From the NCBI RefSeq assembly GCF_964355755.1, contig NC_092679.1:12445432-12509431 (forward strand): a stretch of 64,000 nt of DNA, read 5' to 3'. The DNA is from Antedon mediterranea. Lineage: Eukaryota; Animalia; Echinodermata. Position 1 is the stretch's first letter, and each line of letters begins with the position of its first letter. Position numbers and translations under genes: made by a program. The notes beneath the pieces were generated by a model, which worked only from the letters and a program-made list of their open reading frames with translations, did not search any database and was not told where the DNA came from. This document shows positions 47,897-63,184 of the stretch, one piece after another.

Positions 47897-50800
47897 ATGA
47901 GTATTCGTGCAGTTTGGGTTGTGCCCCTACCAGGGTTCAGTTCAGAAAAAGTTATATTTTCAAGGTACAAACAAACTAACTACTAGCCTAGTAGGCTACC
48001 CTACTTAACTACTACTACTACTAGGCGTAGGCCTAAAGTATACTAATCAGGCCTACTAGGCCTACATAACATTTTTATTTTAGAATAAATTCATTATTTT
48101 GTTAGAGAAAACAATTGAACTTCTAGCTAGAGCCTAGGCCTAAGTATAGTAATATTAATAATATATAATATAGGCCTAGGCCTAGTTGTTTTGTACTAAA
48201 TTTATGTTCATCCTCAAATTGAAGAAATTTGGATTATGTCTTCTACGAACCCACCGAAGCCACAGTGCTGCTCCTACCATATACACCATGCATAGCATGA
48301 ACATAATTGTGACAATTTGTGTATTAGTTCTTACCAGGCCCTCTTTTACTTTTAATGAAAATGTTGGATCCAAATAAAACACACACTCATGCTCTAGAAG
48401 ACATAAAGGTGACATACACTGACTTTCATAGCACGATCATTAGTTTGTTTTAGTTCTTACCAGGCCCTTTATTAGTAACATTGTCTTTTTAATTTCATTT
48501 AACTCAGAACTTTTACCACAGTTGAGCGTAGAGCTAAAGTTTTTGACGATGAAGACTATGTACATATTCCAAATGAGATAGAATTTTACAGTGCCTTGAT
48601 GGACCAGCTTGGGCTACGTCAGCCACAACAACAGGTTAGTTAGCTGTACATTGTTAACCAGTCATGTGGATACTGTTGTTTTATGTTGGCAGAGATCTCT
48701 GTGCTGACACTATAATTAAGAAACATGGTTCTGGTGGTAGTACAAGTCTTCTCAGATCATTCCACTACCAACTTGATTGTCTTACTTTCAAAACCCTAAA
48801 TCTTCTTGCTCCTCAAGAATTATGCCATCTCCTAACTAGCATTATTGCCAATGGGAGGATGACTCTCATCAAATCTTCACATTCCTAAACTCTCACACAT
48901 ACTGGACACTGTGGGAGAACAGTATAAAGGATAAAGTAATAAAATAAATACATTCCAGATAGTAAACAAAGCATTTGTGGCATTCATAACATCACATTTT
49001 TTGTTTTTGTTTTGTCTTTTCAAACCAAGCGAACCAATAGAATCCCATGTATGTTTTTTCCATCATTCAGTCAAACTTCAGCTTAAACTTTGTGTTCATT
49101 AATATTTTTTGTGACAGGTATTAGGCTAGGCCTACGTATCCAAGCTTGAAGATGAAGGATTTGCATTGTGTCAGACTATTTATAAAATCTGTATATTTAT
49201 TATTATTACAGATTCCAGAACTTACAATCAATACATCTGTTCTGCCATTATAACCATATCAGATTTTATAAAAATTTTATTTTTAGTAATCTGTAAACTG
49301 AAACTAAAATGAGTAATCTTTTTTAACTGTTTGTTTTTGACAGTTTGTTGAATCTAGAGACTCTTGTAGTAAAGAATTCCAAAAGCCTGTCTTTGAATTG
49401 AAAACCAAAAATGGCGCTCTTTGGCCTGTCATCGTCTTTGAACAGGTTTGTTGAAATATATTTTACACCCTTCCGCAAATGTTTGGACCATGGAAATTTA
49501 ATAAGCAACCTGTAACAGAAAGTAACTAAAGTCAACTCAAAGGAGCTCTTATTTTGACTTTTGAGGATTTGTATGGAACAGAAAAGAACCAGGGTGCTTG
49601 TGGTTTCCATACCTCATATGTGACATGATTCATAGTTGAAAGAGGAACCATTGTGGACAAGCTCTAATGTCAACATCAAAATGTAGTAATTAAGTAATAA
49701 GTATCATACTTTCTTTTTTTTTATTAGAATAGTTTACTGTTCTGTTGTTTGTCATTGGTAGAACAAGGCTGTAAATTACGACCACCACTCATTAACATGT
49801 AAGTATGCTGTTGAGTAAAGATGACATTTATTATGACTTTTAGTGAAAATATCAAATAAATAAATGGAATAGTAAACAAATTCAAGATAAAACAACAGAA
49901 GATTTGGCTATATAATCAACCAATCAAATGGCAAGGATACACCGTATTATAAATAGAATTGTTACTTTTTCAGCCCAGGATTATCTCAGGGATTTTCTTT
50001 ACTAGTAAACATGGCAGATTTTCTTGGCCCAGTGCCAAGAGATGCAGATAAAGTGAGTACTGTACACAATATAAAATGAGATGTTTTACCAAATTCAATT
50101 ATTCCAACTAAATTCAAACATTAACATACGTACATGGACTAAACAAATAAGACAATCATTTGGTCAAGGGATGACATAGAGACTTAAACAAGTCCTTCAC
50201 TGTAATCCCTGCTCTTATACACAAGTTTACGTCTTTAGTCCCATAGAATCAATGCAAGATCAAGACGTTCATTTAGTTAAACTCTTAAATTCCGGCCTAA
50301 GCCTAATGTACCTTACATTTATATGATCTTTTTGTTTTACAAAAGTCAAATAGACATTTACAACAGTAGGCCTACTGTACCAGTAAATTATTTCTATATA
50401 TCTTTTTTTTTTTTTTTATCACAAACCTTCCACTGCGAAACTGACACGATGGAAATAACGACATATACAATAATTGATTTGTTTCTGGTGTATAATCTGA
50501 TTTTGTTTACAAAAGAAAGAAAATGTGTCCGAATAATTATGTGCTTTTAGTTTTCAGCTCAAATTCAAGATCTGTTTGTATATATGACTCAAGCAGCACC
50601 ATTTGGTACACCTATAAACACTAACCCTGCCACAGTGAGAGCAGTACTACTAAGCAAACAGATACCACAAGTACCAAGCCAAAGCAGGGTATGTCTGTAT
50701 TTATGTATGATCAGTTTGAAGCCTAGCCTTCTTAAATTGGATACATATTATTTAGCACTTCATTACTTCAACACCTTGGCATGGTTGACCCTTACCGATA

Positions 50801-53800
50801 GTAACGTAAGCTATTGGCATCATCTTCATCCGTCGAATTCATTTTTTCCTATTAGCACGGTCAATCGTACATCTAAACCTCTGTCTACACTATTAAACTT
50901 TTTTTTAAATGTGATGTACCCATATATGGATATCATATCACTACCATATTTGGGTGCATCACACTTTTTTTTCAAACTAGTTTAATTGTGTATACGGAGC
51001 CTAATGCCTTGCTTTTTATTGGCAAGGTTGACTGTACTGCACCGTATTTATTCGGTTGTCGGTAATGGTAAAAAGAATTAGGCACACATTCAACCATGCC
51101 CATAGAAAACTTTACATTAGATGCCGGTCAACTGTGGTGATGGAAAATGAATTTAACGCAAAGGTAATACTATCTGATAATGATTTAAACCATCTTTAAT
51201 TATAGTCCTTAAATTTATAATGCTCTGCTTTTCATTCCATAGCAACCTGCATGGAAACCTGTTCTGTCAAAGGTGAAGCCACAGCTACAGTTCACAATAT
51301 CTGAACAGATCCGTGCTGTGCAGTATGATTCAAATAATGTAAAAGATGTATGGGATGTCTATGGTACAGTTACTTGTAAGGTCAGGTTAACAATATTTGT
51401 GGCAATGAACCTAAATACAGTAGCTAGATGTTTCAGTCTATTTTCATGCCTAGCTCACCTGGATAAGCGGCATTGGCCTATTCTTTCCGAGAAGAGAGCT
51501 ACAACTCAAATTTATAACACATTGAGGAAACACCCCTGTTAGATAATGATACATTTTATGAACCCTGCCCTCAAGTGGGAACATCCCAACACACCACCAT
51601 TATCATTTCTTATAGACTACCAACACCACTTTTGGTTTTTGTAATCTGGCTTGTATGTAAGAGGTGCATGGATTTGATACATATTGATACAACCTTTGTA
51701 AAGGTCCAGTGTACAGAATGCATATGTAAAGGGTCTTACACACCTGTTCTGGCATGGCTCCAGGTTCCAGTCTGGCACTGGTAAATAAAAGAAAAACATC
51801 AATTCACATGGCTGTGGGCCAAACGATAAGCGCTTAACAGCATGAAAATGTTCAATTTGATTTTCTGGTGCTGTACCAGAACAGATGTTAAAGACCCTTA
51901 AGTGATTGATTTGGAGATCAGTGTGAGATCCAGGATTTTAAAATATAGGGACACAAAGTTGTGAAATGAAGTGCAGAAATAAATTTTTATTTTTGGATTG
52001 TATTTGCTGAAATTAAGGTCGCAGCAAGAAATAAATATACATTTTTAACAACAAAAAAGTGTAGGCCAACTGATTTATATTATAATGATATTTATAGATA
52101 TGAAAAATATACAGACAAATTCTAACATGATAGAGTAGACCTGCTTAAAAACAGAAACAGAAAATTAAAGGTAGGGGTTGGATTAACTTGGGATTATACT
52201 CGGCTAATTTTGGTTTATGCAAATGACATTAATGAATGGAAATGTATGTTTCCACTGATGAATGAATAAAAAGTGTTTCTCCTCAGGCTGAGCTTGAAGG
52301 TATGATACCAGATGTAAGCATGGCATTATCAGTGCCTTCTGATGCTACTCCATTAGATCATCTGATTGTGAATCCATGTGTTCACCAGGCAGATGCACAA
52401 ATAGACGGAGGTAAGGGTGCAATCATTATATCTGGAGTTCAGGGGCTGATATAAAGTCCAATGGTAAAACAATAAATGCTTTTATTTGGCATTTAATATT
52501 GAAACTCTGTTCAAATGTATATATTGACTATAATACATGTTGTTGTGTGTGCATACAATTGAGAACTAGTGTTTTTCTGCCTACCACACTGAGAGTCGCT
52601 ATCCAATCAAATTTTAACCATACTATGAAAGCCTCAGTGGTCTAATGTTTGATACTCGCCCTGTAAGCAAGAGGTCGCAGGTTCGAATCCCGCCAGAGAC
52701 ATTTTTTCATGAAAAATATAGAATTTTCGCCGATAGCTATGATCGACGATTTGAAAATCATTTTCCGAATATGAGCACTGTTTCTATAATTTGACAGTGT
52801 AATGTTTGTATATCTGCATATGAAACACAAGATTCTGGGTTTAAAATCTTGACTGATTCTCACAGATTTTCTTATCTTAATTATTAATAATTTCCAGTAT
52901 TTCATTGTGTAGTTTCGGTTTCTCTATGCCTGTAAATTCACTATAGTTTATTTTGTTGCATACAGGTATTAAATTTAGTGGTAGACGAGGAAGCACAGCC
53001 CCCTTGATGAGAAAGATTAGATTTACCCCTCCTCTGGAAATGTTCACTCTATGTCACTACACCTCGTCTTCTATCCCTCAATTGCCTATTCAAGCATACT
53101 ATCAAATGAAAGGAGACCAGCAATCTGTTAAGATTCTAATACAACTCAAACTATGTAGTACAGTCAAGAACATGTTTGAGTATTGTGAAGTACAAATTCC
53201 ATTTTTTAATAGGTAGGTACAGTACCAGTTAGAATGAGTGAGTGAGTGGCCGAGCGGTTAAGACAGTGGAACCGTAATTACGTAGCCATAACATCGGCAG
53301 GGGTTCAAGGCTCACTCACTCCATGGTTCTGGTGGTAGAACGAGTCTTCTCGGATAAGGACTATAAACCGTAGGTCCAGTGTACACATCTAGCTCGTGTG
53401 CACTTTAAAGAACCTAGTACATCTTTCGAGACGAGTAGGGGGTTACCCCGGTGTAATAGTACATCACAGCCACTGATCACCAACTGGGCCCTCTGGGAGA
53501 CCAGTCTTTGACTGAAGAGGTTACCCAGTATAAATATAAATTTCAATCATGTTGATATTCTTGTACTAGTAAATGTATGACTTTGATTGATAATGTATTA
53601 AATAGCTATGCACAACTAGTTCCCAAGGGATATATATATTATTTGTCATCTATCGATTATAATATTATTTTAATTATGAAAATTTTGTCTCTCTGTTTTT
53701 AGCAATGACTTAAGTTTTCATGTCAACTGCTACCCTATGCCATCATTTTATGATATGTGCATGCGCAAGTCGACTGCCAAATTTGAGAACTTGTTTAGTG

Positions 53801-56269
53801 GCATTTTGCTGTTCATTAGTACATGAGTATGCATAACACTGCAAAGATTTACCAAAATCATGGCAGATAATGATTAGAAAAGTGCATTTCAGTTAAATTA
53901 TATTTACAAACAGGGAATTATCGATTTTATTGGTTATTTTAAAACAAGAGTTTAATGTTACATTTTATGGCATGGGTCTTATCACCTAGGACGCCAGCCT
54001 TCGTACAGAAAATTAAGGATCTAGGTTAGGCCTATGCTACACACTTAGCCTGGTCTGAGCCTGTGTTTTTCCACCAGCCCAACGCTGTTGAATAGCTCCA
54101 CGAACGATTGCTATTAGAGATTACAAGGTTAGATCCCAAGGTCATTACGTCATACATTCACTGGCATGTCAACGTAAATGTCCACTTAATATAAACATTC
54201 ATATATCTGTCAGTAGTAACAGTTGACTATGACCCGAGTCTCTAATAAGTACTTATTCAAAGCAAGATGTATTTAATAAATTACTATGTGTTTAGTATTG
54301 AAACTCCAGCATAGCTTTAAAACTGTCAACAACAAAATTCATATCTGTTCTTTCCTTTCTCAGGTGATAATGTAATGTTTTTTATTACAGAGGTTTAATT
54401 CAAAAGGTTGATGCAGTTCAAAGTATAGGAAGCATTATTACAAGTAGTGATAAAAGACGAATTGGCTGGAACATTGGACAGAAATTTCCATCACGATTAT
54501 TAGAAGTGTCTTTACAGGCCACGGTAGAATTTGGTGATGTGAGTGAAATTCAAGGCGCCAATGTTTTTGATGATCCATTCTGTGTTGATCTGAATTCATA
54601 TGCACAGGTAAGAAATAGTTATTACAACCGTAGCAGTGCGAATCGAATAAGAAGCTATTACCACATTACAAATACATACAGAAACCTTCTGGTTTCATAA
54701 AATGTAGATATATAAAAAAGATAATGCAATAGATTACGTAGTATGTGTGATATTTCGGAAAGACTAGTTGTTAATTGTTGCTGGGAGTAGCATTGCTAGA
54801 TGCTGTGTAGCGCCATCTATCAGGTTATGGTAATCAAAACTATTTGTACCACAGTATATGCACTAATTACAATTTGTTACTAGAGTACCATGTGATTTTT
54901 TTGTACGATGTATTCAGACTGTAGTCTTACCACCAGTGTAGTCATATGTGTGTTATTTTTACGTAGTGATCTATAATAATTTATATCATACACAATTTTG
55001 ATTTATTTTATAATATAGATATTCTTTAAAATTCTTGAGTATACTCATAGTCGATGTGACATTGACCAAAGGTCAGTACAAGTTCATCCCTCAGCAAAGG
55101 TCAAATTAAAGACAGGTAAATCATTGCTGTTTTTGACACAATATTCACATTTTACTGTAAGACCACTAAGTCCTTGGACCAAGTTTATTTTTTCTATAAA
55201 AAGATATATATTTCACATATTTATAAATTTACAGAGAGAAACTCTAAACAACCCAATGACTTTCTGGAAATTAATTAACATTTGTAAAAATAAGAAAAAT
55301 CCACCCAACCGAGATTTGAAGCCAGAATCTTCAACTTGATAAGATTAAAATATAACATTCTCAAGCTCTTTCCTAGAAAAACGAAATAGGATGGAACCAA
55401 CGAACTATTGTGTTATCAGTTCTGATTCCCTATTATGCTAAAAAAATATCTCTTTGAAACTATGGAACCTTTTGTAGTATATAAATATCAACAAACAATT
55501 GTCCGATGTTCCACAAAGTATGGGCCACTGCCCAAATTCCATCTTTGAAGGGCTACGGGACGGTTTGAGAAATTGAAAAAAAAAACCAATCTGCAAATAT
55601 GTTTTTCTATGAATTTTGGTCATTCGTATCCAACAGTTGAATTTTGCGGCAGTCACTACAACTGTAACGGTATAATGTATGCATATACATAATGATCAAT
55701 AGACATACATACAACAAAAAGAATTCAACAGTTATAATCAATTTGGGCGCCTACATGATGGGCCAAAAGCAATACATGTGTTACTAGTCACGATTGCGAT
55801 ACTGTATATTAATGTAAAAGTGGACTGACACAGTTGCATGATGTGGTGTGCATTGTATTAAGAAGAAACTCTTGCTGAATTTATTAATACACAGTTGTTA
55901 TTGGTGTCAATGATTAATTGACTAAGAAAATATTTCTCTGAAAAACTTGTTTTTTATTTCATCAAAATAAAAGTTAATCTTCGTAGGACCAACATTTTTA
56001 AGTATTCAGAATATTACTGACACATTTACTTTCATTCAAGGTACTCTTTGGAGTTGATAATATATTGTGTAATTTTATTTGTGTATGGTATTGAAACAAG
56101 CTTTCTGTCATTATTTTTTTAGATTTATTATATTCATGTAATCCAAATTATTGATTCATTGATTTATCTTTGTTTGGTTTCAGTACGTGAATTTTTCTCA
56201 TCTGATTACAAGGTTTGGAATTGTCATGGTGATGCTCAGTCAGCATTTATGCCAACCCAGTTGCCATAG
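47897..56269 (+). CDS. AP5M1: AP-5 complex subunit mu
   Basis: MSIRAVWV..FSR.F.TVERRAKVF, FVESRDSC, LWPV, QAAPFGTP, QPAWKP, WDVYGTVTCKAELEG, RFTPPLE.F.LCHY, FEYCEVQIPFFNRG, WNIGQKFP, DPFC, SSDYKVWN. Approximate exons: 47897-47964, 48508-48633, 49344-49445, 49728-49798, 49974-50052, 50551-50688, 51243-51380, 52287-52410, 52966-53212, 54392-54607, 55019-55115, 56185-56269. Confidence 0.92.
52628..52702 (+). repeat. tRNA-like SINE head
   Basis: AGTGGTCTAATG (box A-like) and GCAGGTTCGAATCCCGC (box B / T-arm); the acceptor stem is not intact. Confidence 0.55.
53235..53548 (+). mobile_element. tRNA-derived SINE with a Deu/Nin-like central domain
   Basis: The head is GTGGCCGAGCGGTTAAG...GGTTCAAGGC. 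The body CGGATAAGGACTATAAACCGTAGGTCC...TAAAGAACC...GAGTAGGGGGTTACCCCGGTGT resembles the Deu domain. Confidence 0.75.
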
Positions 56270-59200
56270 TAACTATATTGGAAAGAAGTTTAGCCAATCA
56301 GTGATCTAGAAATACAGTTGATTGCCATAATGATTTTCAATGATGTAATGATGAAATGTTGAATACAACTCATCAGTGAGATTGTGAGTAATAATCAAAA
56401 GTAGCTGGAGTTTACATGATAATGTGCATTCAGCCAATTCATTTGTCAAAACAATGATGATGTAATGAAGAATTATGTATGCTATAGATCAGTGAATAGG
56501 TCAGTCAGCATTCATGATATCACATACAATGATAATGCATATATATATATATATATGCAGCCATCTTTTGCATTATACGATCTGTGATAAAATGACCACT
56601 TGAAGATCTGCTGAATAATGTTAAGCTCTGCCAACACTAGTAACACTTTGTATGTCAAAAAATGTGATGTTATATGACTACCATATGTGGGCACATCACA
56701 CTTTTTTTGTCAAACTAGTTTGATAGTGTAGAGAAAACTTTAGGTCAAATAATGGTAATTCCAAACAAAGAAACAGAACACATATTGAATTTGTTATAAC
56801 TGAGTTACCTACATGTATAGCTTTGGTATTTCACATTATACATACGACCTAGCAGATCTCTTGCTTTTGTTACACAAGCCAATGGCAATTCAGGCTTGCC
56901 TGCTTTCAATGATTAACTCTTGGTAACTTTGCTGATGACACGGTTAAGCGCTGACGACAGAGCATCAAATTTCTGTCCTATCACCTTTCCATGGTACATT
57001 ATGCACCTACATGTTCAGAGAATCGAATCCAAATAGGGAGATTTTTATTCACCAATGATGCTGTTTTAATCTGTACAACTTTGCTGAAATTGACCAAATA
57101 GATATATGATACAGATAGATAGATAGATATATCATAAATTTTATTCTTTTTGCATTTTCACAAATTAATTTAAAGTTTGGGACAACTTGGAAATAAATCT
57201 TATCTAGGGTAATCCCAGATGTCACTAGACATGATTTTATAATTTTGTTGTAATATTTATTGAATTGAATCATTGTGGTATAAATAAAAACACATCATAT
57301 TTTCTTATATTGCAAGTTATCTACAAATTCGTGCCCAGTTTGTGTCAATATGTTAAGCTGAATTTCCGTCTAGAACCCAAAGACTAAACAACCTCATACA
57401 AACCAATTTCACGATTTATTATGGACACAATATGATAAGTAATTAACTACTGTAACTTAGGTAGTAAATAATATATTAATTCGTCCAATTTATTATGGAC
57501 ATAACCTGACTAGTTAAAGAATATTGACTATAACTTGTCAATGGTAAATTAACCTGTCCAATTTATTATGGACATAGAATAGTAGTTATAACCATGGAGG
57601 TATTATAACCATGTTATAACTTAGCAAATGAGAATTAGAACCAATAAGTGCAATCAAACCTGGATTGTTGCGCCTTATTTTCAGATTTATTGGTTCTAAA
57701 CAATACCATCTTTTACAAATCATTGAAAAAATGTTGGTCAACACTATATACAAAAAGTCAAATTAAAAAATCAAAACCAGAAACAGGAGGTCTCAGCTGT
57801 ATCTAAGACGAAGTGATGATGGAAATGTTAATATTGTTATATTATATATATATATTTATTTTATTTTATTAAATGTTGTAATTATATATATTATTCATAA
57901 AGATGACATTAAACTTGAAATAGGCCATTTTTTTTAGTTTTAATACAGTTCACTTTATGATATTGGTTTCACTTATAAAATTGGTTACTTGGTATTTTCT
58001 CTTCTAAGAATCTCGAACAATAGGCTTCCTGTTGACCATTTTCAACTTTATATTAAATGTCTTAATGTCTTAAAATAATAATATCCAACCGTCTTGGTAC
58101 TTTAATTGCGAATAGCCTAAACCTATTCTACTTTTATTTCTTCAAAAGTTTAGTAGTGCGCCACCATATAACCAGACTGTTCTATTTTAAAGTGTAATTA
58201 AATTATATTTTAAATAAATGGTAATAAATCAAAAGAGTCAAATTGACGAGTTTTATTCAGCAAAATTAAAATTAAGTGAATAATGAATAAAATTTAGAGT
58301 TTAATACATTTTTAATCTGATTATAAATGTAAACTCAATTAGAGATTTTTTGACATGCGCTCATAAAATAATGGAATCGGCCAGGAACTAAGTTTGTTTA
58401 TTTTCTGTGTTGAAACGATTAAGCAAGACCGGCTTTGAAAGTGAGATCCTGTCATAGGTAGGAACATGTTAACGTGAGAGCGCTTCTCATTTAAAAATCG
58501 GAATTTATAAATCTGTGCTTCTTTTTAATCGCAATTAAAGCAGGTATGTTAAACACTTTTTTGTTCTAATAGCTTAAAAAGTAATATGCATGGATAGGTA
58601 TGCAGACAGTGATGGTCGGCATTTTCAGGTCAGCCAGCCAGTCGTGTCCCAGGACAGCGGAAAATAAACACTCGACACTACGATAGCATGTGCACTGCAA
58701 TGTGTTTAACCAGCTTAGACTTAACTGCTTCAACATCACTGCATATGTGCTAATTTATATTCTCCAGTTGTGAGATTTCTGTAATTGTCAAAATATATGG
58801 TACTCGATCTAAATTACCTGCATAATATAAATACTAACTAAGCTTGCTTGAAGCAAAAACGAACTGAACGATGTTTTTAAAAATCATCTGCTGCATCCTC
58901 TTGCGAATATACATACATAGTATTGCTGTGCTTTGATAGTATTATTCGCCAAAAAGGAAATACATTATTACGGTAATGTATCAACGAAAGATGCGAAAAT
59001 GCTTAATAATTTTAATCAATTGTGATAGCGATATGCATCTAAAATGTTCTATTAGAGGGGTTTTATTATTATTTAACAACACACAGAGTTGAATTTATTC
59101 TTATCAATTACACACAAATTGATCCCAGAGCAATATCACATCATCATACGATCATTATCATCATCATCGTCATTATTCTTTCTGTAAAATCTAGCTACAA

Positions 59201-61931
59201 GGCAATGTAATAAATCATGGTAATAGTTTTTGTGGCAGTAAATGCCATGTATACAGAATTGCATTAGATTTGTGTAGACTTTATGTAGGATTTCCTACCT
59301 AGATTTCAATGTGCCGCAGGTAACACTAAAATCACTGGATCGCATGGCTAATGTAGAATTTATTTACAACAGCGGCGACGATGGGTCTTCCTCGATGAGA
59401 AGCCCTAGTTTATTACATAGGGGCATAATGTTATAAAATACTAAAGTAGTAAATACATGAAAGACATGAACTGTGCAACATACTATAGAAATTTTTTTAG
59501 GGTTTTTGAGAATGTTTCCCTTTCATCATTTTTCAGAAAATTCAAATATAGAAATATCATTTGTCAATTAGATATTAATAGATGAATGGTTGTGACATGA
59601 GCTCTATAATATTAATTAGCAAATTCAATCTTTTAAATTGATTGGTATGCCTTGGTAGCACATCCAATAATAATAGCTGTACCAGGTGTCTTGTAGGTCA
59701 ATGGTATTAATTAATTAGCGCATCTTATGTTTCTATACAATATACAATAAGTGTATCCATGCCGTTTGATTGCTTGATTTCTTCTTCACTTTCTGATCTG
59801 CCATGCAATATTTTCTTCCATTTCAACTATTGAGAAGGTACTATTGCACAGTTTTGCCTTTTTGTAAAAAATGGGAATTTTTGTACTGTATGTATTGACC
59901 ATCTTTAAAAAGGATATCCTTCAATATAAATTGATATTAAATTTAAAGGGGTATTTAAAATTATAGACCTAAATATTGCGCACCAGAAAAACCCACATGT
60001 AGAGTGCGCTTCTGTGGCCAAAGTTTGTTTACAATCATTTGACATAGGGCAGCTAATTAATGGAATACCGTAATAGTTTACAGTAGAACATAAGTGTATT
60101 AATTAGATTAATATTAAATGTTTTAAGTCTTCAAGAGGAGAATATTTTCATTTGGCTCTACATCAATACCTGAATAGAAAAGTCAATCTTTCAACTCGTG
60201 AAAATAATCTCCCCCATTCAACTTAGGGTGCGTTTATACATCACGCTATTACACACATATTCAAAGTGCCTAAGAGAAATGTGTTGTATAATACCGAAGA
60301 GATTCTGTGTAATGAGATTGTAATTGAGAAAAAGGCTACTTGCCTGAATCCTAAAAGTTTGTGGATTCCTGGTTGCTTGGCATGTTGGAAGTGTCATCAG
60401 GGTATTGTTTTGACCTCTCCTACAATAAAAGTGCTGTGAAAATGTTGACCAAATCTAGTAGATAACATTAACACTAATCAAATATTAGCATAATTTGGCA
60501 AAATTTATCATAGTTTTATCCTAATTTTAAAACATTTTTTTTTTAAATTTTAAACACCGATTTAAAAAATAAATAACTAAAGAAAAAATCTATAAAAAAA
60601 TAAATAAACAAACATGGAATTGCTAATGCATCTTTGTATGACAGTTGTATATTCTTCAGCAGTTTGGTTTAGTAAAATCAACAAATACACATTAACTCTC
60701 TGCCAAATATTTGAGATTCATGTCTACTTATAAAATTCTACAGTAGTGTATTTATCTTTACTAAAATATCTAAACACAGTTTAGATGTTACATGAACTCT
60801 TAGTAAGCAATTATCAGAATTGACATTAAATAAATTATGTATACACTGTGTAAAACATGATAGTATTATTTTATTACCACTAGTACTGATGGTCTCAATT
60901 TGCATTAATGATATTTTTGATTGAACGCTTACAAGACGTAGATAGCATGGATTCTATATGGCTTTCAGAGAGGTCCAGCTTCACAAATCCCAAGTTGATA
61001 ATTCTTGTCCAGCAAGACAGAAGCCCCTGCTTTTGCTTACGTGCAAGTGGCGCCTATAATCTCATATGTGAAATACAGTTATGTGATAAATGTTGAAAAT
61101 AAAACCAAGCCATTTCAATTGCAAATTATTTAGAAATGTGTGCATTAATTTTCAATCATTTATAAACCTTTAAACATCCATAATCATATGCAGTGTCAGT
61201 GTTGTGTGTTACTCCCATTTCGGCTTGTTTGAAATACACAACCTAATCAATATATTATTGACAAATTGTACGTAATTGGGGACACATCTAAAGTAGCGTC
61301 ATGCATATATTTTAATTGTTATTAATTTATACACCTTCATAATGAATGAATAATTATTTACAAAGCAACATGTTTTGACTGATAAATTGCAGGTTGGAAT
61401 AGTATACAGCATTTATGTTTTAATCAAATTTTTGTATTTTTAATGAATACTGAAATAAAGTAATACATAAGCATTCAGAATTTAAGCAAAATACGTAGTG
61501 AAATGCAACAGAGGCTGTGCAATTTAATATTTTAACCTATATTGAAGATACAGATATTAACTCAAGGTTTTAATAAGCTTTGTGACATCACCAATATATT
61601 AATTTTCCTACAATTCTATAGTAATTGTTTGCTGGTATACAGTTGTGTTATACATTAAAAAAATTAATTAGGAAAACAAACAAATATACAAAGCAAGTTG
61701 GCCAGCGCTTTGTAGGAAATCTAAATGTTATTAACTCATAAATAGATGGTTCACTCAAACAGACAAAAAATGTGTAAGACATGCAGGAATATAATTATGA
61801 CTATAAGTTTTAGTAGAGCAGTATTGGTCTTAGTTCATAGCGTAAATCGTAAGAACCGCAAGTATTTTTCCAGTATATACATTGAATTATTATTTGACTT
61901 GTTTAATCATCACCCTTTTTAGTAGGCTCTA

Positions 61932-63184
61932 TCTATATATAAATTATGGTTAATTCTGAAATAGGCGAGCACAATGCAAAAACTTCGGTACAAATCTCCG
62001 CCTTGGATACCTACCTTATCTATCCGAGATGTACCGCGAAACGTAGATTTGATAACATTAGTGTTTACGCCGACGCTATTGTTCCATATTTTTATCTTAG
62101 GAAGATATTATAAAGAGTTTTTTAACAACATTTATGATTTCAACATTAGATTTTCGTCTCAATTTCAATTCTTCCTGGTCAAAGTAATTTCCGGGTTTAA
62201 GATAAGTTCACCTTACAACAACCTGGTTTCAAATATTTTCTCTCTTTTAAACACAAGGGAGCAGTTAAAATAATAGATTTGACCCTAAAGGTGACTGGAA
62301 ACAGGCACTTTCCATCAATCAATACAGTGTCCCTTTGGAAGACGAAAAAAAAATCAGATAATAGGAGTGCAGCTTAAGTTGGCCATTAGTCATAGCCATT
62401 TCAGTTTTTTGTTTATTTTAAAACATACCATGCGTGTGTGAAGGTACAGTAGTTAAATTATACTGCAAATTAATAAAGATCAAATTAAATATACGTCATA
62501 AAGAATCAGAATATATTGTGGGGAATAGTATTATAAAATTACATAGGGAGATTTGATGATAAGACATTTTTCGAATGAAATCCCGATAGCTGAGTTTTAT
62601 TGAGGAAGCTTGCAGAAATAACTGTAGGCTATCTTCCTGTGTCCCGTTAGGACCGAGATGTCTGCCCATGTTGCAAGCCGTAATGTCTTCTTTCTTGGGC
62701 CCACTCTGTTACGGCAGTTTCAAAAGATGATTAAATTAAATAATGTATTAATAATTATTAGGATGGTATTCATTTGAATAAACGCCTCTCCAATAAAACA
62801 TCACTTTGAATAATACCCCCCCCCCCCCCCACATTTGTTATTCTTTTTTACCACTTTTCATATCTACTGTATTAGAGGATTTCATTTGATTATAAATGTT
62901 ACCATATTATTAAAACTAAAAAATTTAACATATATCCCTCGAATAAGCACCTCCCTCAAATGACCTCCGCCTCCCCAAAGGGCCCTACCAAACAATAAAA
63001 ACTATACTTTAAAATGTTATTAATCATCTAAAACACTGTGAAACAAAGTAGTTTAGTTTTACGAATGTCAAGCATGTTCAATAATGGTAACCGACAGAAA
63101 ACGTATAAGGAGAACATTATCATTCCGAGAACCATCGTCTACACTTCCTAGAGGGGGAGCGAGCGAAGCGAGCTCACCCTCTAG
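61932..63184 (+). mobile_element. Helitron-like non-autonomous element or remnants (5' end at 61932, 3' hairpin plus CTAG at 63184)
   Basis: The A|TCTATATATAAA start is shared with the 9257-9506 copy over ~245 bp. A GAGGGGGAGC...GCTCACCCTC hairpin ends in CTAG|T. Whether both ends belong to one element is unproven. Confidence 0.45.

Noticed and set aside
48005-48032. ACTACTACTACTAGGCGTA as the Polinton right end plus GGCGTA TSD
   Set aside because: There is no inverted match to the left terminal sequence beyond the ACT triplets, an extra A lies before the putative TSD, no gag continuation follows, and it sits in a low-complexity CTAG-rich intron.
52628-52702. Functional tRNA gene (also 27020-27095 and the 53235 head)
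   Set aside because: The acceptor and anticodon stems do not pair properly, consistent with SINE heads.
61974-62273. Duplicated small protein MQKLRYKSPPW (also 9242-9463)
   Set aside because: These ORFs are incidental to a dispersed non-coding repeat, and there is no recognisable domain.
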